A stretch of 61,234 bases of DNA, filler included, from Chiloscyllium plagiosum (Eukaryota): the NCBI RefSeq assembly GCF_004010195.1. It is 3 parts of one record of this genome, joined end to end, with 100 filler letters (N's around TTAATTAATTAA, not from the genome) between each part and the next. Parts side by side here need not be neighbours in the genome. Positions count along the whole stretch, not along the records: positions 16,435 to 38,214 come from NC_057715.1; positions 38,315 to 61,234 come from NC_057715.1; 1 more part is not named here. One strand, 5' to 3'. Shown piece after piece: positions 37,424 to 50,332 of the stretch. A model generated the notes under the pieces. The model saw only the letters and a list, made by a program, of their open reading frames with translations, searched no databases and was not told the DNA's origin. The first letter of the stretch is position 1. Each line of letters starts with the position of its first letter. The position numbers were made by a program, and so were the translations under genes.

Positions 37424-38314
37424 TATCCTAAGTATATCCTGAGCAATATCTCACCAACATCATGAAATAGATAATCTAAGATTTTTCTCCTGCTGTTTGT
37501 GAAATGCTGCTATGCATAAGAATACATTTCTCAATACAGTGACTACACTTTAATAACTGCTTCTTCAGCTGGGATGTCCTCAAGTTGGGAAAGGCACTAC
37601 ATAATTCATTAGCAAACAACAGCTCCAATCTAAGCATTTAGATGTGCACTTGTGATGCCAAAGCATACAAGACTATGGGCCAAGTGTTGGAAAATGGGAT
37701 TAGAATAGAGTCACAGAGTCATACAACATGCAAACTCATCGAACTCGTCCATGCCAACCAGGTATCCTAAACTGAACTAGTCCCATTTGCCTGCATTTTG
37801 CCTACATCCCTCTAAACTTCCCACTTCACATACCTGTCTCGTAAACCTATGCCCTCTAGGTTTGAACTCCCCATATCTGTGGAAAATACCTTTGCTATTC
37901 ACCTTATCCATGCCTCTCATGATTTTATAAACCTCTATAAGGTCACCCCTTAGCCTCCTATGTTCCAGGGAAAATGTGCCAGCCTATCCAGCCACTTAAT
38001 TATTACTCAAACATTCCAGTCTCGTTAACATCAAGGCAATCCAATGCCCACTTGAATGCCTCACTGAACCAGCCCCCACCACATTTCAGAGAGGTAAAAA
38101 CAATGACTGCAGATGCTGGAAACCAGATTCTGGATCAGTGGTGCTGGAAGAGCACAGCAATTCAGGCAGCATCCGAGGACAGGCAAAATCGACGTTTCGG
38201 GCAAAAGCCCTACANNNNNNNNNNNNNNNNNNNNNNNNNNNNNNNNNNNNNNNNNNNNTTAATTAATTAANNNNNNNNNNNNNNNNNNNNNNNNNNNNNN
38301 NNNNNNNNNNNNNN

Positions 38315-40033
38315 GATGGGATTTATCCTAGGATCCTCTGGGAAGCCAGGGAGAAGATTGCCGAGCCTTTGGCATTGATCTTTAAATCGTCATTGTCTAC
38401 AGGAATAGTGCCAGAAGACTGGAGGATAGCAAATGTGGTTCCCCTGTTCAAGAAGGGGAGTAGAGACAATCCTGGTAATTATAGACCAATGAGCTTTACT
38501 TCAGTTGTTGGTAAAGTGTTGGAAAAGGTTATAAGAGATAGGATTTATAATTATCCAGAAAAGAATAATTTGATTAGGGACAGTCAGCACGGTTTTGTGA
38601 AGGGTAGGTCGTGCCTCACAAACCTTATTGAGTTCTTTGAGAAGGTAACAAAAAAGGCAGATGAGAGTAAATCAGTTGATGTGGTGTAAAAGGATTTCAG
38701 CAAGGTGTTCGATAAGGTTCCCCACAAAGGTACAGAAGCTTGAAAGCATGTACCAACAGGTCCTTTCCTGCCGTTATTAGACTGCTGTATGACTTCCTAA
38801 TTTCAAATAACATTGATCTTGCTTTGTGCACCTCCTGTGCAACTGTAACTTTGTATGTCTCACTCTGTCTGAACACCCTCTGATCTGTATGTCCTGGAAT
38901 GTTATGATCTGCCTGTACTGCTCACAAAACAAAAAACCTTTTGTACAAAATGCGGAAGAATGGGATTGTGGGAGATATAGCAGTTTGGATCAGTAATTGG
39001 CTTGCTGAAAGAAGACAGAGGGTGGTAGTTGATGGGAAATGTTCATCCTGGAGTCCAGTTACTAGTGGTGTACTGCAAGGGTCAGTGTTGGGTCCACTGC
39101 TGTTCGTCATTTTTATAAACAACCTGGATGAGGACGTAGAAGGGTGGGTTAGTAAATTTGCAAACGACACTAAGGTCTGTGGAGTTGTGGATAGTGACGA
39201 AGGATGTTGTAGGTTACAGAGAGACATTGATAAGCTACAGAGCTGGGCTGAGAGGTGGCAAATGGAGTTTAATGTGGACAAATGTGAGGTGATTCACTTT
39301 GGTCGGAGTAACCGGAATGCAAAGTACTGGGCTAATGGTAAGATTCTTGGTAGTGTAGATGAGCAGAGAGATCTCGGTGTCCAGGTACACAGATCCTTGA
39401 AAGTTGCCACCCAGGTTGACAGGGTTGTTAAGAAGGCATACAGTGTTTTAGCTTTTATGAATACAGGGATCGAGTTCCGGAACCATGAGCAGCTGTACAA
39501 AGCTCTGGTACGGCCACACTTGGAGTATTGTGTACAGTTCTGGTTACCGCATTATAAGAAGGATGTGGAAGCTTTGGAAAGGGTGCAGAGGAGATTTACT
39601 AGGATGTTGCCAGATATGGAGGGAAGGTCTTGCAAGGAAAGGCTGAGGGACTTGAGGCTGTTTTTGTTAGAGAGAAGAAGGTTGAGAGGTGACTTAATAG
39701 AGACATATAAGATAATCAGAGGGTTCGATAAGGTGGACAGGGAGAGCCTTTTTCCAAGTATGGTGATGGCGAGCACGAGGAGCCATAGCTTTAAATTGAG
39801 GGGTGATAGATATAGGACAGATATCAGAGGTAGTTTCTTTACTCAGAGAGTAGTAAGGGTATGGAATGCTTTGCCTGCAACGGTGGTAGATTCTCCAACT
39901 TTAAGTACATTTAAGTCGTCATTGGACAAGCATATAGGCGTACATGGAATAGTGTAGGTTAGATGGGCTTCAGATTGGTATGACAGGTCGGGCGCAACAT
40001 CGGGAGCTGAAGCGCCTGTACTGCGCTGTAATG
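38315..40033 (+). mobile_element. CR1 LINE ORF2 (RT) with stop codons and a 216-bp foreign insert
   Basis: VPEDWRIANVVPLFKKG, QHGFVKGRSCLTNL, GSVLGP, catalytic FADD changed to FAND; (TATGTTC)n tail. Confidence 0.95.
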
Positions 40034-40751
40034 TTCTATGTTCTATGTTCTATGGTCGGCATGGACAGGTTGGAATGAAGGGTCTGTTTCCATGCTGTAC
40101 GTCTCTATGGCTCTATAGCCGGTGACTGGACCCCAATTGATTTCTCTTCACAGACCTGCTAAGCTTTTCCAGCAACTTCTATTTTTATTTCTGATTTACA
40201 GCATCCACAGTTCTTTCCCCAGAACGTTACCTGTGTCTCTGGAGTAACAATTCAGCAATAATACCACTAGGCCATTGCCTCCCCCTCCTCATCCCATTGC
40301 TCATCTGGTTCTGGAAGGGCTAAATCTACAAAGCATAGCTCTGTCCTTTGTTAAATTAAGCTTGGACATCTGTGGTCTTCCGATTCATGCTGGGGAACTT
40401 AGTTGACATCTTTGCGTTTTTCCCTGTCTTTTGCAAATGGTATCAAAGTGTGGGGGGGGGGGGAATTTACAGTAATAAGTCTTTAAAGCTACACTGGTGG
40501 AGATTCAGCAACACAGCTGCTGTGTAGCGTTTACATTTCTCTGTCCTGCTTTCAGCTGTTTCGTTTTATCTCCCTTTTCCTTTGTGCATGGAACTCACAC
40601 ACAAAGTTCTCTTGATGTTCCAGAAGGTTCTACAGCCCAATTCAAAAATGACCAACCACTGAGATAGACATCAGCTCACAATTTCCATGCTCACTGTTTA
40701 ACCAGCACCTAATATGTAATGATAAGATTCTCTGGCATCCCAGTGTAAATG

Positions 40752-42185
40752 TAAGACCATAAGACCATAAGACAGTAAGACATAGGAGTGGAAGTAAGGC
40801 CATTTGGCCCATTAAGTCCACTCCACCATTCAATCATGGCTGATGGGTATTTCAATGCCACTTACCTGCATTCTCCCCATCGCCCTTAATTCCTTGCGAA
40901 ATTAAGAATTTATCAATCTCTGCCTTGTATATAACATCCTGGCCTCCACTGCACTCCATGGCAATGAATTCCACAAGCCCACCACCCTCTGATTGAAGAA
41001 ATATCTCCTCATGTCCATTCTAAATTGATCCCCTCTAATCCTAAGGCTGTACCCATGGGTCCTAGTATCCCTGCCTAACAGAATCAAATTCCTAGCGTCT
41101 GCCTTTTCTCAGCCTTGCATTATCTTGTAAGTTTCTATTAGATCTCCCCTCAACCTTCTAAACTCTAATGAATACAACCCCAGGATCCTCAGCCATTCAT
41201 TGTATGTTAAGCCTACCATTCCAGGGATCATCCGTGTGAATCTCCGCTGGACACGCTTCAGTGCCAATATGTCTTTCCTGAGGTGTGGGGCCCAGAATTG
41301 GGCACAGTATTCTAAATGGGGCCTAACTAGAGCTTTACAAAGTCTCAGTGGCACATCACTGCTTTTCCATTCCAACCCTCTTGAGATAAATGGCAACATT
41401 ACATTTGCTTTCTTAACCACGGACTCAACCTGCAAGTCAACATTTAAAGAATCCTGGACTAGCACTCCCAGATCCCTTTGTATTTTGGCTTTATGAATTT
41501 TCTCACCATTTAGAAAATAGTCCAGGCCTGTATTCTTTTTTCCAAAGTGCAAGACCTTGCATTTGTTCAAGATGAATTTCATCAGCCATTTTTTGGACCA
41601 CTCTCCTAAACTGTCTAAATCTTTCTGAAGCCTCCCCACCTGCCTGTCCGCCTAACTTTGTATTATCAGTGAACTTCACCAGAATGCCCCTAGTCCCCTC
41701 ATCCAGATCATTAATATATAAAGTGAACAGCTGCGGCCCCAACACTGAACCCTGCGGGACACCACTTGTCACTAGCTGCCATTCTGAAAAAGAACCTTTT
41801 ATCCCAACTCTCTGCCTTCTATCAGACAGCCATTCCTCAATCCATGCCAGTAGCTCACCTTGAACACCATGAGCCCTCACCTTACTCAGCAACCTCCCAT
41901 GAGGCACCTTATCAAAGGCCTTTTGGAAATGTTGGTAGATAACACCCATTGGGTTTCCCTGGTCTAACCTACTTGTTACCTCTTCAAAGAATTCTAACAG
42001 GTTTGTAAGACACGAGCTCCCCTTACTAAATCCATGCTGACTTGTTCTAAAATGACTCTCCACTTCCAAGAATTTAGAAATCTCATCCTTAACGATGGAT
42101 TCTAGAATTTTACCCACAACCAAGGTTAGGCTAATCAGCATATGATTTTCCATATTTTGTCTTGATCTTTCTTGAACAAGGGGGT
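40752..42185 (-). mobile_element. CR1 LINE ORF2 3' half, antisense, frameshifted
   Basis: ORFs 41503-42153 and 41109-41639 contain KAFDKVPH, GVPQGSVLGP and VRPHLEYC; (CATAAGAC) tail. Confidence 0.95.
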
Positions 42186-42297
42186 TAACTTCTGTAATAC
42201 CTCAAATCTTGTCTGAGACATTTCCCTGTGGTTTTCAAATTGCACTGCTGCCTTTGTATTTTTGTTACAAGATTTCTGCTGATTACCATGTCATATT

Positions 42298-42576
42298 CTT
42301 TGATTTGATTTGATTTATTGTTATCACACGTACCTGAGTACAGTGAAAAGGTTTTTTGTTTTGTGAGCAGTACAGGCAGATCATAACATTCAAGGACATA
42401 CAGATCAGAGGGTGTTCAGACAGAGTGAGACATACAAAGTTACAGCTGCACAGGAGGTGCACAAAGCAAGATCAATGTTATTTGAAATTAGGAAGTCATA
42501 CAGCAGTCTAATAACGGCAGGGAAGGACCTGTTGGTACATGCTTTCAAGCTTCTGTACCTTCTGCCTAACGGAAGA
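42298..42576 (-). mobile_element. LINE 3' end, Rex1/Babar-like
   Basis: Minus strand reads LPLGRRYRSLKACTNR...PAVIRLL, followed by a 3'UTR and (AAATC)n tail. Confidence 0.65.
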
Positions 42577-43024
42577 ATCGGATTACCACTCTCATACTGG
42601 AGCGGTAATTCAGCTTAGGTTCAACTTACTTGAAAATTTCAAATTGATAACTTAGAGTTACGGAACAATTTATGTTCACATCTTTAGACAGGCATAGTCT
42701 AAAGACCAGCATAGTTTGGAGTCCTTATGTCTGCTGGTCATTTGGTGTCTTCCTGATTCATGGCTCATTAATATTCCCATCTCTTAAAACAGTAAGATGT
42801 CTTATCCCCATATTCCTCTGTCCCTTTAATATACTCAATGCAATTCCAGAAACTCACAGCCCTCAGAGTGAAACTCCTCATTCCAGTACAAAATAGCTCA
42901 TCTCTTATTCTGAGATTATGACTCTTAGTTGTAGCAATCTGTAAAAAAAAGCCTCTTAGCAACTCTTTTCTCAAGACTATTAAGAATTATACAATTCATT
43001 GAGAATTGAGGGCAGCATTCAGGG

Positions 43025-43315
43025 AGGCATGGTGGCTCAGTGGTTAGCGCTGCTGCCTCACAACCTTATGTGTCTGTCTGTGTGGAGTTTGCACATTCTC
43101 CCTGTGTCTGCGCGGGTTTCCTTTGGGTGCTCCGGTTTCCTCTCGTAGTCCAAAGATGTGCAGGTCAGGTGAATTGGCCATGGGAAATTGCCCATAGTAT
43201 CTAGGGTTAGCTTTGGTAAACATTAGATTACAGGGATAGGGTGGGATACTCTTTGGAGGGTCTTGCAGACTTGATGGGTTGAATGGCTTCATTCCACACC
43301 CACAGGGATGCTATG
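43025..43315 (+). mobile_element. Family A SINE with internal deletion
   Basis: A box and core domain present; B-box region missing. Confidence 0.8.
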
Positions 43316-44389
43316 AAATCATGCATAAATTCCTGAGCATAGATCCATTCTCCTCATAGCACTATTGCCCCATGTATCAATCTAGTCAGCCTTTGTTATA
43401 GCCTCTTAAAGGCAAATATACCTTACCTTAAAGTTAAAATAGCATGCAGCACTTCTGGTGTGATCTCACTATAATGTTTTTTTCACCTATACTCCAATCA
43501 CCTTACAATAAAGGTGTTTATAAAATTTGCTTGTCTACAGTCTTTGCCTCAGTACAAACAGCAATAGACAAGCAGGAGGCTGGGAGAACACAGCAAGCCA
43601 GGCAGCACCAGGAGGTGGAGAAGTCGACGTTTCAGGTGTAACCCTTCTTCACTATAGGACAGCAGCTCACGTTTTCTAAACTGATAGTGCCTGAAGTGTT
43701 TGCTCCCTGGGACTCTGTGTCAATGTGAGATTGAGTTTGGAGCTACTCCAGACTCCTGGCTCCTGACTCTGAGCATCAGATATCTTCCAACAGCCCTCAC
43801 AACCCTCAAAGCTGACCTGTCCTGAACTTTGTGGTAAACTTTGTTGCTTATCTCTCAGCAGCCTAACATTAGAGCCTCGTTCAATTTTACTGATGGCCAC
43901 AGCCATGTGTTCATGTTAACTCTGCTGTGTGAAGAGATGTGTCAATTCCTGCTGTCACTTTGTCACACCAGTTAGAAAAGTCCCTTCTGCCTGTAAAGAC
44001 AATCTCTCCTTATTTATTCTGTTCAAGTCGCTCATGATTTGAGCAGCTAAAGTTATAAAGGGGGAGGTGAAAACGTAGTGGTATTGCTGGAGCGTTATTC
44101 CAGAGACTCAGGTCATGTTCTGGAGACCTGCCTTCAAACCCTGTGATGATAGCATTTGAATTTAATCAAAAAAACAATCTGGGGTTAGCAGTCTAATGGT
44201 GACTGTAAATCCATTGCTTTTCCTTTTGTTATGAAAAACCCATTTGGTTCATTTAGGTTTCTTTAGGGAAGAAAACTGCAGTCCTTACTGCTCTGGCCCC
44301 ATGTATGTCTCCAGACCCACAGTAATGTGCTTGACTCTTAACTGCTGAGATTATAAGTATCATTTGAATTGTTTATCTCCTGTGTTTGG

Positions 44390-44735
44390 GGAGGCAATGG
44401 CCTCAGTGGGATTATCGCTAGACTATTAATCAAGAAACTCAGCTAATGTTTTGGGAACCTGCGTTCAAATCCCATCTTGGCCCATGGTGAAGTTTAAACT
44501 CTATAAATGGAATTAAGAGTCTACTGATGACTGTGAAACCATTGTCAATTGTTGGAAAAGCCCATCTGGTTCACTAAGGTCCTTTAGGGAAGGAAACTGC
44601 CATCCTTACCTGGTCTGGCCTACATGTGACTCCAGACCCACAGCAATGTGGTTGACTCTTAACTGCCCTCTGAGCAATTAGGGATGGGCAATAAATGCTG
44701 TCCTAGCCAGAGATGCCCACAATCATTGAATGAAT
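44390..44735 (+). mobile_element. Family B SINE, full length
   Basis: Same head, body and tail as 2800-3135. Confidence 0.8.
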
Positions 44736-44749
44736 ATTGAAAACAAATA

Positions 44750-45440
44750 CAGAAAAGAAGGCCATTCGACCCATTATTCCTTTACCATCTCCTGAAAGAG
44801 TTGCCCAGCCACTCCTATTCTCCAGCCTAATCACCATGACCTTCTATTTCTGTCACATTCAAATAAATATCCAGCTCTCTTTTGAAACATCCTGCACTCT
44901 CCCAGGCAGCTCATACCAAATCCTAATGACTCTCTGAGTAAAGATGTTTCTCCTCATCTCATCCTAGCTTTCTAGCTGACAATCTTAAAACTGTGACCCC
45001 TAGTTACTGACATACCAACCAGTGGAAACAGAAAGTCCTTCTTTGCTCTGTCAAAGTTGCTCATAATTTTGAACACATCAATTAGGTCACTTCTCATCTT
45101 CCATGCTCCAAGAAGAACAAGTCCAATTTCTCTAATCTTTCCTTATATCGAAAATCCCTCATTCCTGTATCATTTCAGTAAATCTCTTTTGCACTCTCTC
45201 CAAGGGTTTAACATCCTTACTTAAATAAGTTGTCCAGAACTCAACACAATTCTCTAAATGTGGTCTGACCAAGGATTTGGAGCTGTCTTGCATCACTTGT
45301 GTTTATTCTCTATGCCTTTATTTATAAACGCAAGGATCCCATCAGCCTTCCCATAAACTTCGACCAAATCTTCTCTCCTCCAGCAAGGGCAGGCCCAACA
45401 TCTTCCATCTTTTTTCGGCAACAGAAGTGCCTCATCTGGA
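44750..45440 (-). mobile_element. Old CR1 fragments, antisense
   Basis: Antisense VRPHLE-like sequence (CTCTAAATGTGGTCTGACCAA) and GILAFINKGIE. Confidence 0.7.
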
Positions 45441-45475
45441 GCCATTCTTGTGAATCTTTCCCACATCCTCTCCCT

Positions 45476-46265
45476 AGACTGGCTCAAAGGTAGAAGACAG
45501 AGGGTGGTGGTGGAGGGTTGTTTCTCAGACTGGAGGCCTGTGACCAGTGGAGTGCCACAAGGATCAGTGCTGGGTCCTCTACTTTTTGTCATTTACATAA
45601 ATGATTTGGATGCGAGCATAAGAGGTACAGTTAGTAAGTTTGCAGATGACACCAAAATTGGAGGTGTAGTGGACAACGAAGAAGGTTACCTTAGATTACA
45701 GCAGGATCTGGACCAGATGGGCCAATGGGCTGAGAAGTGGCAGATGGAGTTTAATTCAGATAAATGCGAGGTGCTGCATTTTGGGAAAGCAAATNNNNNN
45801 NNNNNNNNNNNNNNNNNNNNNNNNNNNNNNNNNNNNNNNNNNNNNNNNNNNNNNNNNNNNNNNNNNNNNNNNNNNNNNNNNNNNNNNNNNNNNNNNNNNN
45901 NNNNNNNNNNNNNNNNNNNNNNNNNNNNNNNNNNNNNNNNNNNNNNNNNNNNNNNNNNNNNNNNNNNNNNNNNNNNNNNNNNNNNNNNNNNNNNNNNNNN
46001 ATATAAAAGAGATCTAAGGGGCAACTTTTTCATGCAGAGGGTGGTATGTGTATGGAATGAGCTGCCAGAGGATGTGGTGGAGGCTGGTACAATTGCAACA
46101 TTTAAAAGGCATTTAGATGGGTACATGAATAGGAAGGGTTTGGAGGGACATGGGCCGGGTGCTGGCAGGTGGGAATAGATTGGGTTGCGATATCTGGTCG
46201 GCATGGACAGGTTGGACCGAAGGGTCTGTTTCCGTGCTGTACATCTCTATGACTCTATGACTCTA
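45476..46265 (+). mobile_element. Young CR1 LINE, 5'-truncated and gapped
   Basis: GVPQGSVLGP, FADD and WNELP motifs; (CTATGA)n tail. Confidence 0.93.
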
Positions 46266-46547
46266 CTGCTTTCCTGTCTTTCCTAAAATGTGATGCCCTT
46301 CGATGCTCCACTTGAGGCTGAACTCTACAAGTTAAACATAACTTGCTTGCTTCCGGACATTATATTCTGTTACTAAAGTCACGGTACTGTATTCCAACTC
46401 CAGATGCTATCCAAGACTTCCCTTATGTTCCCTCACTTTTTGTCACATTTCTATTGTCATTCCATCCTGAAGAAATCATATTCAATTTGAAACTTTAACT
46501 TTGTTTCTCTGTGCACATTAACTCTGTTTGTCTCTTCACAGATGAAT

Positions 46548-46795
46548 TATAGAATCCCTACAATGTGGAAGCAGGCCATTTGGCCCATTGAATCCACATC
46601 GACCCTCTGAAGATCATCACTCCTGGACCCACTCCCCTACTCTATCCCTGCAACCCTGCGTTTCCCATGGCCAGTCCACCTAACCCTCACATCTTTGGAC
46701 TGTGGGAGGAAACTGGAGCATCCAGAGGGAACCCACATAGACACGGGGAGAATTGCAAACTCCACACAGGCAGTGGCCTGATGCTGGAATCGATT
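46548..46795 (-). mobile_element. Family A SINE fragment, antisense
   Basis: Reverse complement of core and tail. Confidence 0.8.
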
Positions 46796-46810
46796 TCAAG
46801 TTACCAGTTA

Positions 46811-47440
46811 TGTTGTGGAGAAAATATAGAGAACCACCAGGAGACACAGAGAGTTCTTCAAGAAGTAGGTCTTTTATTTGCAAACTAAAAACCGTGACAC
46901 TGAGAAAGCAGATTCTCGAATGCCCCCGAACCTCAGGGTCCATGGATTTTTATATCTTTTTTTAATCATGTTTGTGTTAGCTTATCAGCATTTCCGACTA
47001 TATTAATCAAAGTACCTCACTCTAACTACGCAATAAACCAGTGATGTTAGTTCCCGTTATCTCTTTAGTTCTACATTCTACTTAATGTTATTCAAATGTC
47101 ATGGTTAGATAGTTATTGCTAACTAGGCTACAGTGATCTTCAATTCCAGCCTAGGAGAAAGTGAGGTCTGCAGATGCTGGAGATCAAAGTTGAAACTTTA
47201 TTGCTGGAACAGCACAGCAGGTCAGGCAGCAACCAGGGAACCCTGGATGCTGCCTGACCTGCTGTGCTGTTCCAGCAATAAAGTTTCAACTTCAATTCCA
47301 GCCTAACCTGGCATGATAGATATTTAGCTATTCCATCTGTTAAAATAGTCTCCTGTCTCAAGCTGACTCTACTAACTATTAATTAGATATTTTAATATCA
47401 TGTCCCAAATATTTATTGTCCCAATTCTGTCATAATAACA
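46811..47440 (-). mobile_element. Solo LTR (about 480 bp native) with a nested PLE fold-back
   Basis: TGTT...AACA termini; perfect 4-bp TSD GTTA at 46807-46810 and 47441-47444; minus-strand TATAAAAA near 46950 and AATAAA near 46875. Confidence 0.8.
47154..47289. mobile_element. PLE family 1 fold-back with 16-bp TSD
   Basis: CTTCAATTCCAGCCTA at 47138-47153 and 47290-47305; near-perfect inverted arms. Confidence 0.88.
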
Positions 47441-48466
47441 GTTAACAGAGAAACTTGCTTTATTACTTAGGTTATCTCATCTCGCCATAGTGACCTTTCA
47501 GCCTTAACCTTACTCTGCTAATTGGTGTAAGAATGTAATTGGTGTAAGAATGTTCCACTATGGTTATCCCATCCTGCCTTCCACAGACCACAGATTGCCA
47601 TTGGTCTTTATGCTTTAACCTTCCCATGCTTTCATGTTCTTTATTTTCCATAGTTACCACTAACCACGCTGCCCTCATGTTACCAGATGAGCTGCATTTC
47701 TCCAGCATGGCTGTTTTCCATTCACCATTACTGTCTGTTACTTGTCACCAGCCAATTTCATATCTATGCAGCTATAGTCCTGTTTATTCCCTGAACTTTA
47801 ACTTTGTTCAGCATTTTGTCAAATACCTTCTTACAGTGTTTGAAGTTGTCAGAGTGTGTTTGAACACCTTACAAAAAAAAACCCAAGCTGACACATCTTC
47901 ACTTCCCATGCAACCAGATATTACGTCAGTATGTTCCCTATGGCTCAAGCATAGGCTGCTGCTGAAATGTGCAATAAAGAGCTAATATCAGAATTTCAAT
48001 ATTTCTTAATCCTTAATCTTGTAAGGGGGCAAATTCCTACATAAACCTACCACCCATTGAAGCAGGAAGATAAAGGTCACCCACAGTCCTCCTATTGTTA
48101 ACGTACTCAATAGTCTCCTTCTACACTCCAAAGGAATCATACTAACTCAATAGTGAGAGTTGCAGAGCTCTGAGATGCTGAGGGATCCGGGTGTCCAAGT
48201 CCATGAATTGTAAACATTGGTATGCAGGTACAGCAAGCAATTAGAGAAGCTAATAGAGTGCTGTTTATGCCTCAGCGTGGACTTGTGGTCTCAAGATGAT
48301 TCCTTGAAGTGTTGCCCCATTTCTTCCCGTGAATGAATGCAAAAAGGTGGTGGAAGCAGCCTCTTAAAGCAGAGGTTGGCAGATTCTTATTAAGAGAGGG
48401 GGTGAAAAGTTATCATGGGGTAGCTGCGAATGTGGAGTAATCAGATCAGCCATGAGTTTGAGTTTA

Positions 48467-48782
48467 GGGTGGCACAGCGGCTCAGTGGTTAGCACTGCTG
48501 CCTCACAGCGCCAGGGACCTGGGTTCAATTCCTGTCTCGGGCAACTGTCTGTGTAGAGTTTGGACATTCTGCGTGGGTTTCCTCCGGGTGCTCCAGTTTT
48601 CTCCCACAGTCCAAAAATGTACAGGTTAGGTGAATTGGCCGGGCTAAATTGCCCATAGTGTTACGTGCATTAGTCAGGGGTAAATGTAGGGGAATGGGTC
48701 TGGGTGGGTTGCTCTTCGGAGGTTGGGTGTGCACTTGCTGTGTTGAAGGGCCTGTTTCCACAATGTAGGGAATCGAATCTAA
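48467..48782 (+). mobile_element. Family A SINE
   Basis: A/B boxes, core, tail. Confidence 0.9.
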
Positions 48783-48810
48783 CTGAGGGGCAGGCCTGAG
48801 GGGCAGAGTG

Positions 48811-48982
48811 AAGATTAGAGTGATGTTGGAAATGCACAGCAGGTCAGGCAGCATTCCTGATGATGGGCTCCTGCCTGAAACATTGATTTTTCCTGCTCCT
48901 CGGAAGCTGCCTGACCTGCTGTGCATTTCCAGCACCACTCTAATCTTGACTCTAATCTCCAGCATCTGCAGTCCTCATTTTC
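48811..48982. mobile_element. PLE family 1 fold-back with 17-bp TSD
   Basis: GCCTGAGGGGCAGAGTG at 48794-48810 and 48983-48999. Confidence 0.88.
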
Positions 48983-49452
48983 GCCTGAGGGGCAGAGTGG
49001 CTTACTCCTGCTCCTGGTTTGTATGTTCCTCCTTCCTTGCTTTCCATCTGTTGGTTCAGATCCTGTGCTGCAGGATTAGTCCATTACAGTGCTCCCCTGT
49101 CTGTCTCCAAACTTCAATTCTCTAAAGCTGTCAGTACCTTCAAATTTCTAGTGGCCCTCTCCTTACTCAGCCGTTAACTTTGCAGACCCAGATTGGTTCC
49201 TTGCATTGAGAATTCTCACCTTTGTGTAAAAATAGTTTCGCTCTCTCCATCCTTGTATCTTTGTGTCACTGTCAATGGCCTCTTGTGTAACCCTGCTACC
49301 TTTCTCTTTGATGCTCAGATCCACATATAACCGGCAACTAGTGAGATAAAATATCTGCTTCATTTCATCGCGCCATGAAGTATTTCCATCCTAATGCCTT
49401 GGTACCCATTTTTTTTTTAGCTTCAACGAAATGTTTGGGGCATTTTTCTGCT

Positions 49453-49850
49453 TAGAGTCATGCAGCAAGGAAACAGACCCTTCGGTCCAACTTGTTCATA
49501 TTGACCAGGCATCCCAGTCTGACCTGGTCCCATTTACCAGTATTTGGCTCATATCACTCTAAACCCTTCCCATTATAAATACCCATTCAGCTGCCTTTGA
49601 AATGTTGTAATTGTACCAGCCTCCACCACTTCCTCTGGCAGCTCATTCCATACATGCACCACCCTCTGTGTGAGAAAGTTTGCCCCTCAGGTCCTTTTTA
49701 AATCTATCCCCTCTCACCTTAAACCACTGCCCTCCAGTTCTGGGCTCCCTCACCCTGGGAAAAATACCTTGCCTATTTAACCTATGCATGCCCCTCATGA
49801 GTTTATAAACCTCTAAAAGGTTACTCTTCAGCCTCTGACGCTCAAAGGAG
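49453..49850 (-). mobile_element. CR1 3' end, antisense
   Basis: Reverse complement of the WNELP region and tail. Confidence 0.88.
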
Positions 49851-50205
49851 GGCCAGTAGCAATGGGTAATAAATGCGGACCCAGCCAGCGACATCCACGT
49901 CCCATCAATGAAAATAAAAGAGATTGTTATTATAGTCCTTAACCTTCACTGTCAAGTGAAAAGCTGTATGTGGAGGATTACTAGGCTTTAGCTGAGGTTG
50001 TGGATGAGGTCCTGGAGTTTGAATGGTGCCAACTGTTTGACTGGGAACCCTGATGACATATCCCCTTTTACAGGTTAGGACCAACTGATTCACTCAAACC
50101 CTGTCATATAGTGAGAGTTTCCATCTCAAATTCAGATCTCAATGGCACTGTCCCACTTTGTAGATGCCAGTGATGTTCAGGAAGTAGAGTTCTCACCTCT
50201 ACTGA

Positions 50206-50332
50206 ATTCCTGAAGAAGGGTTCATGCCCGAAACGTCGATTCTCCTGCTCCTTGGATGCTGCCTGAGCTGCGCTGTTCCAGCAACACATTTTCAGCTCTG
50301 ATCTCCAGCATCTGCTGTCCTCACTTTCTCCC
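50206..50332 (+). mobile_element. PLE family 1 3' terminus starting exactly at the hammerhead motif
   Basis: ATTC-CTGAAGA-A-GGGT(TCAT)GCCC-GAAA-CG-TC-GATT followed by the family 3' end CACTTTCTCC. Confidence 0.8.
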
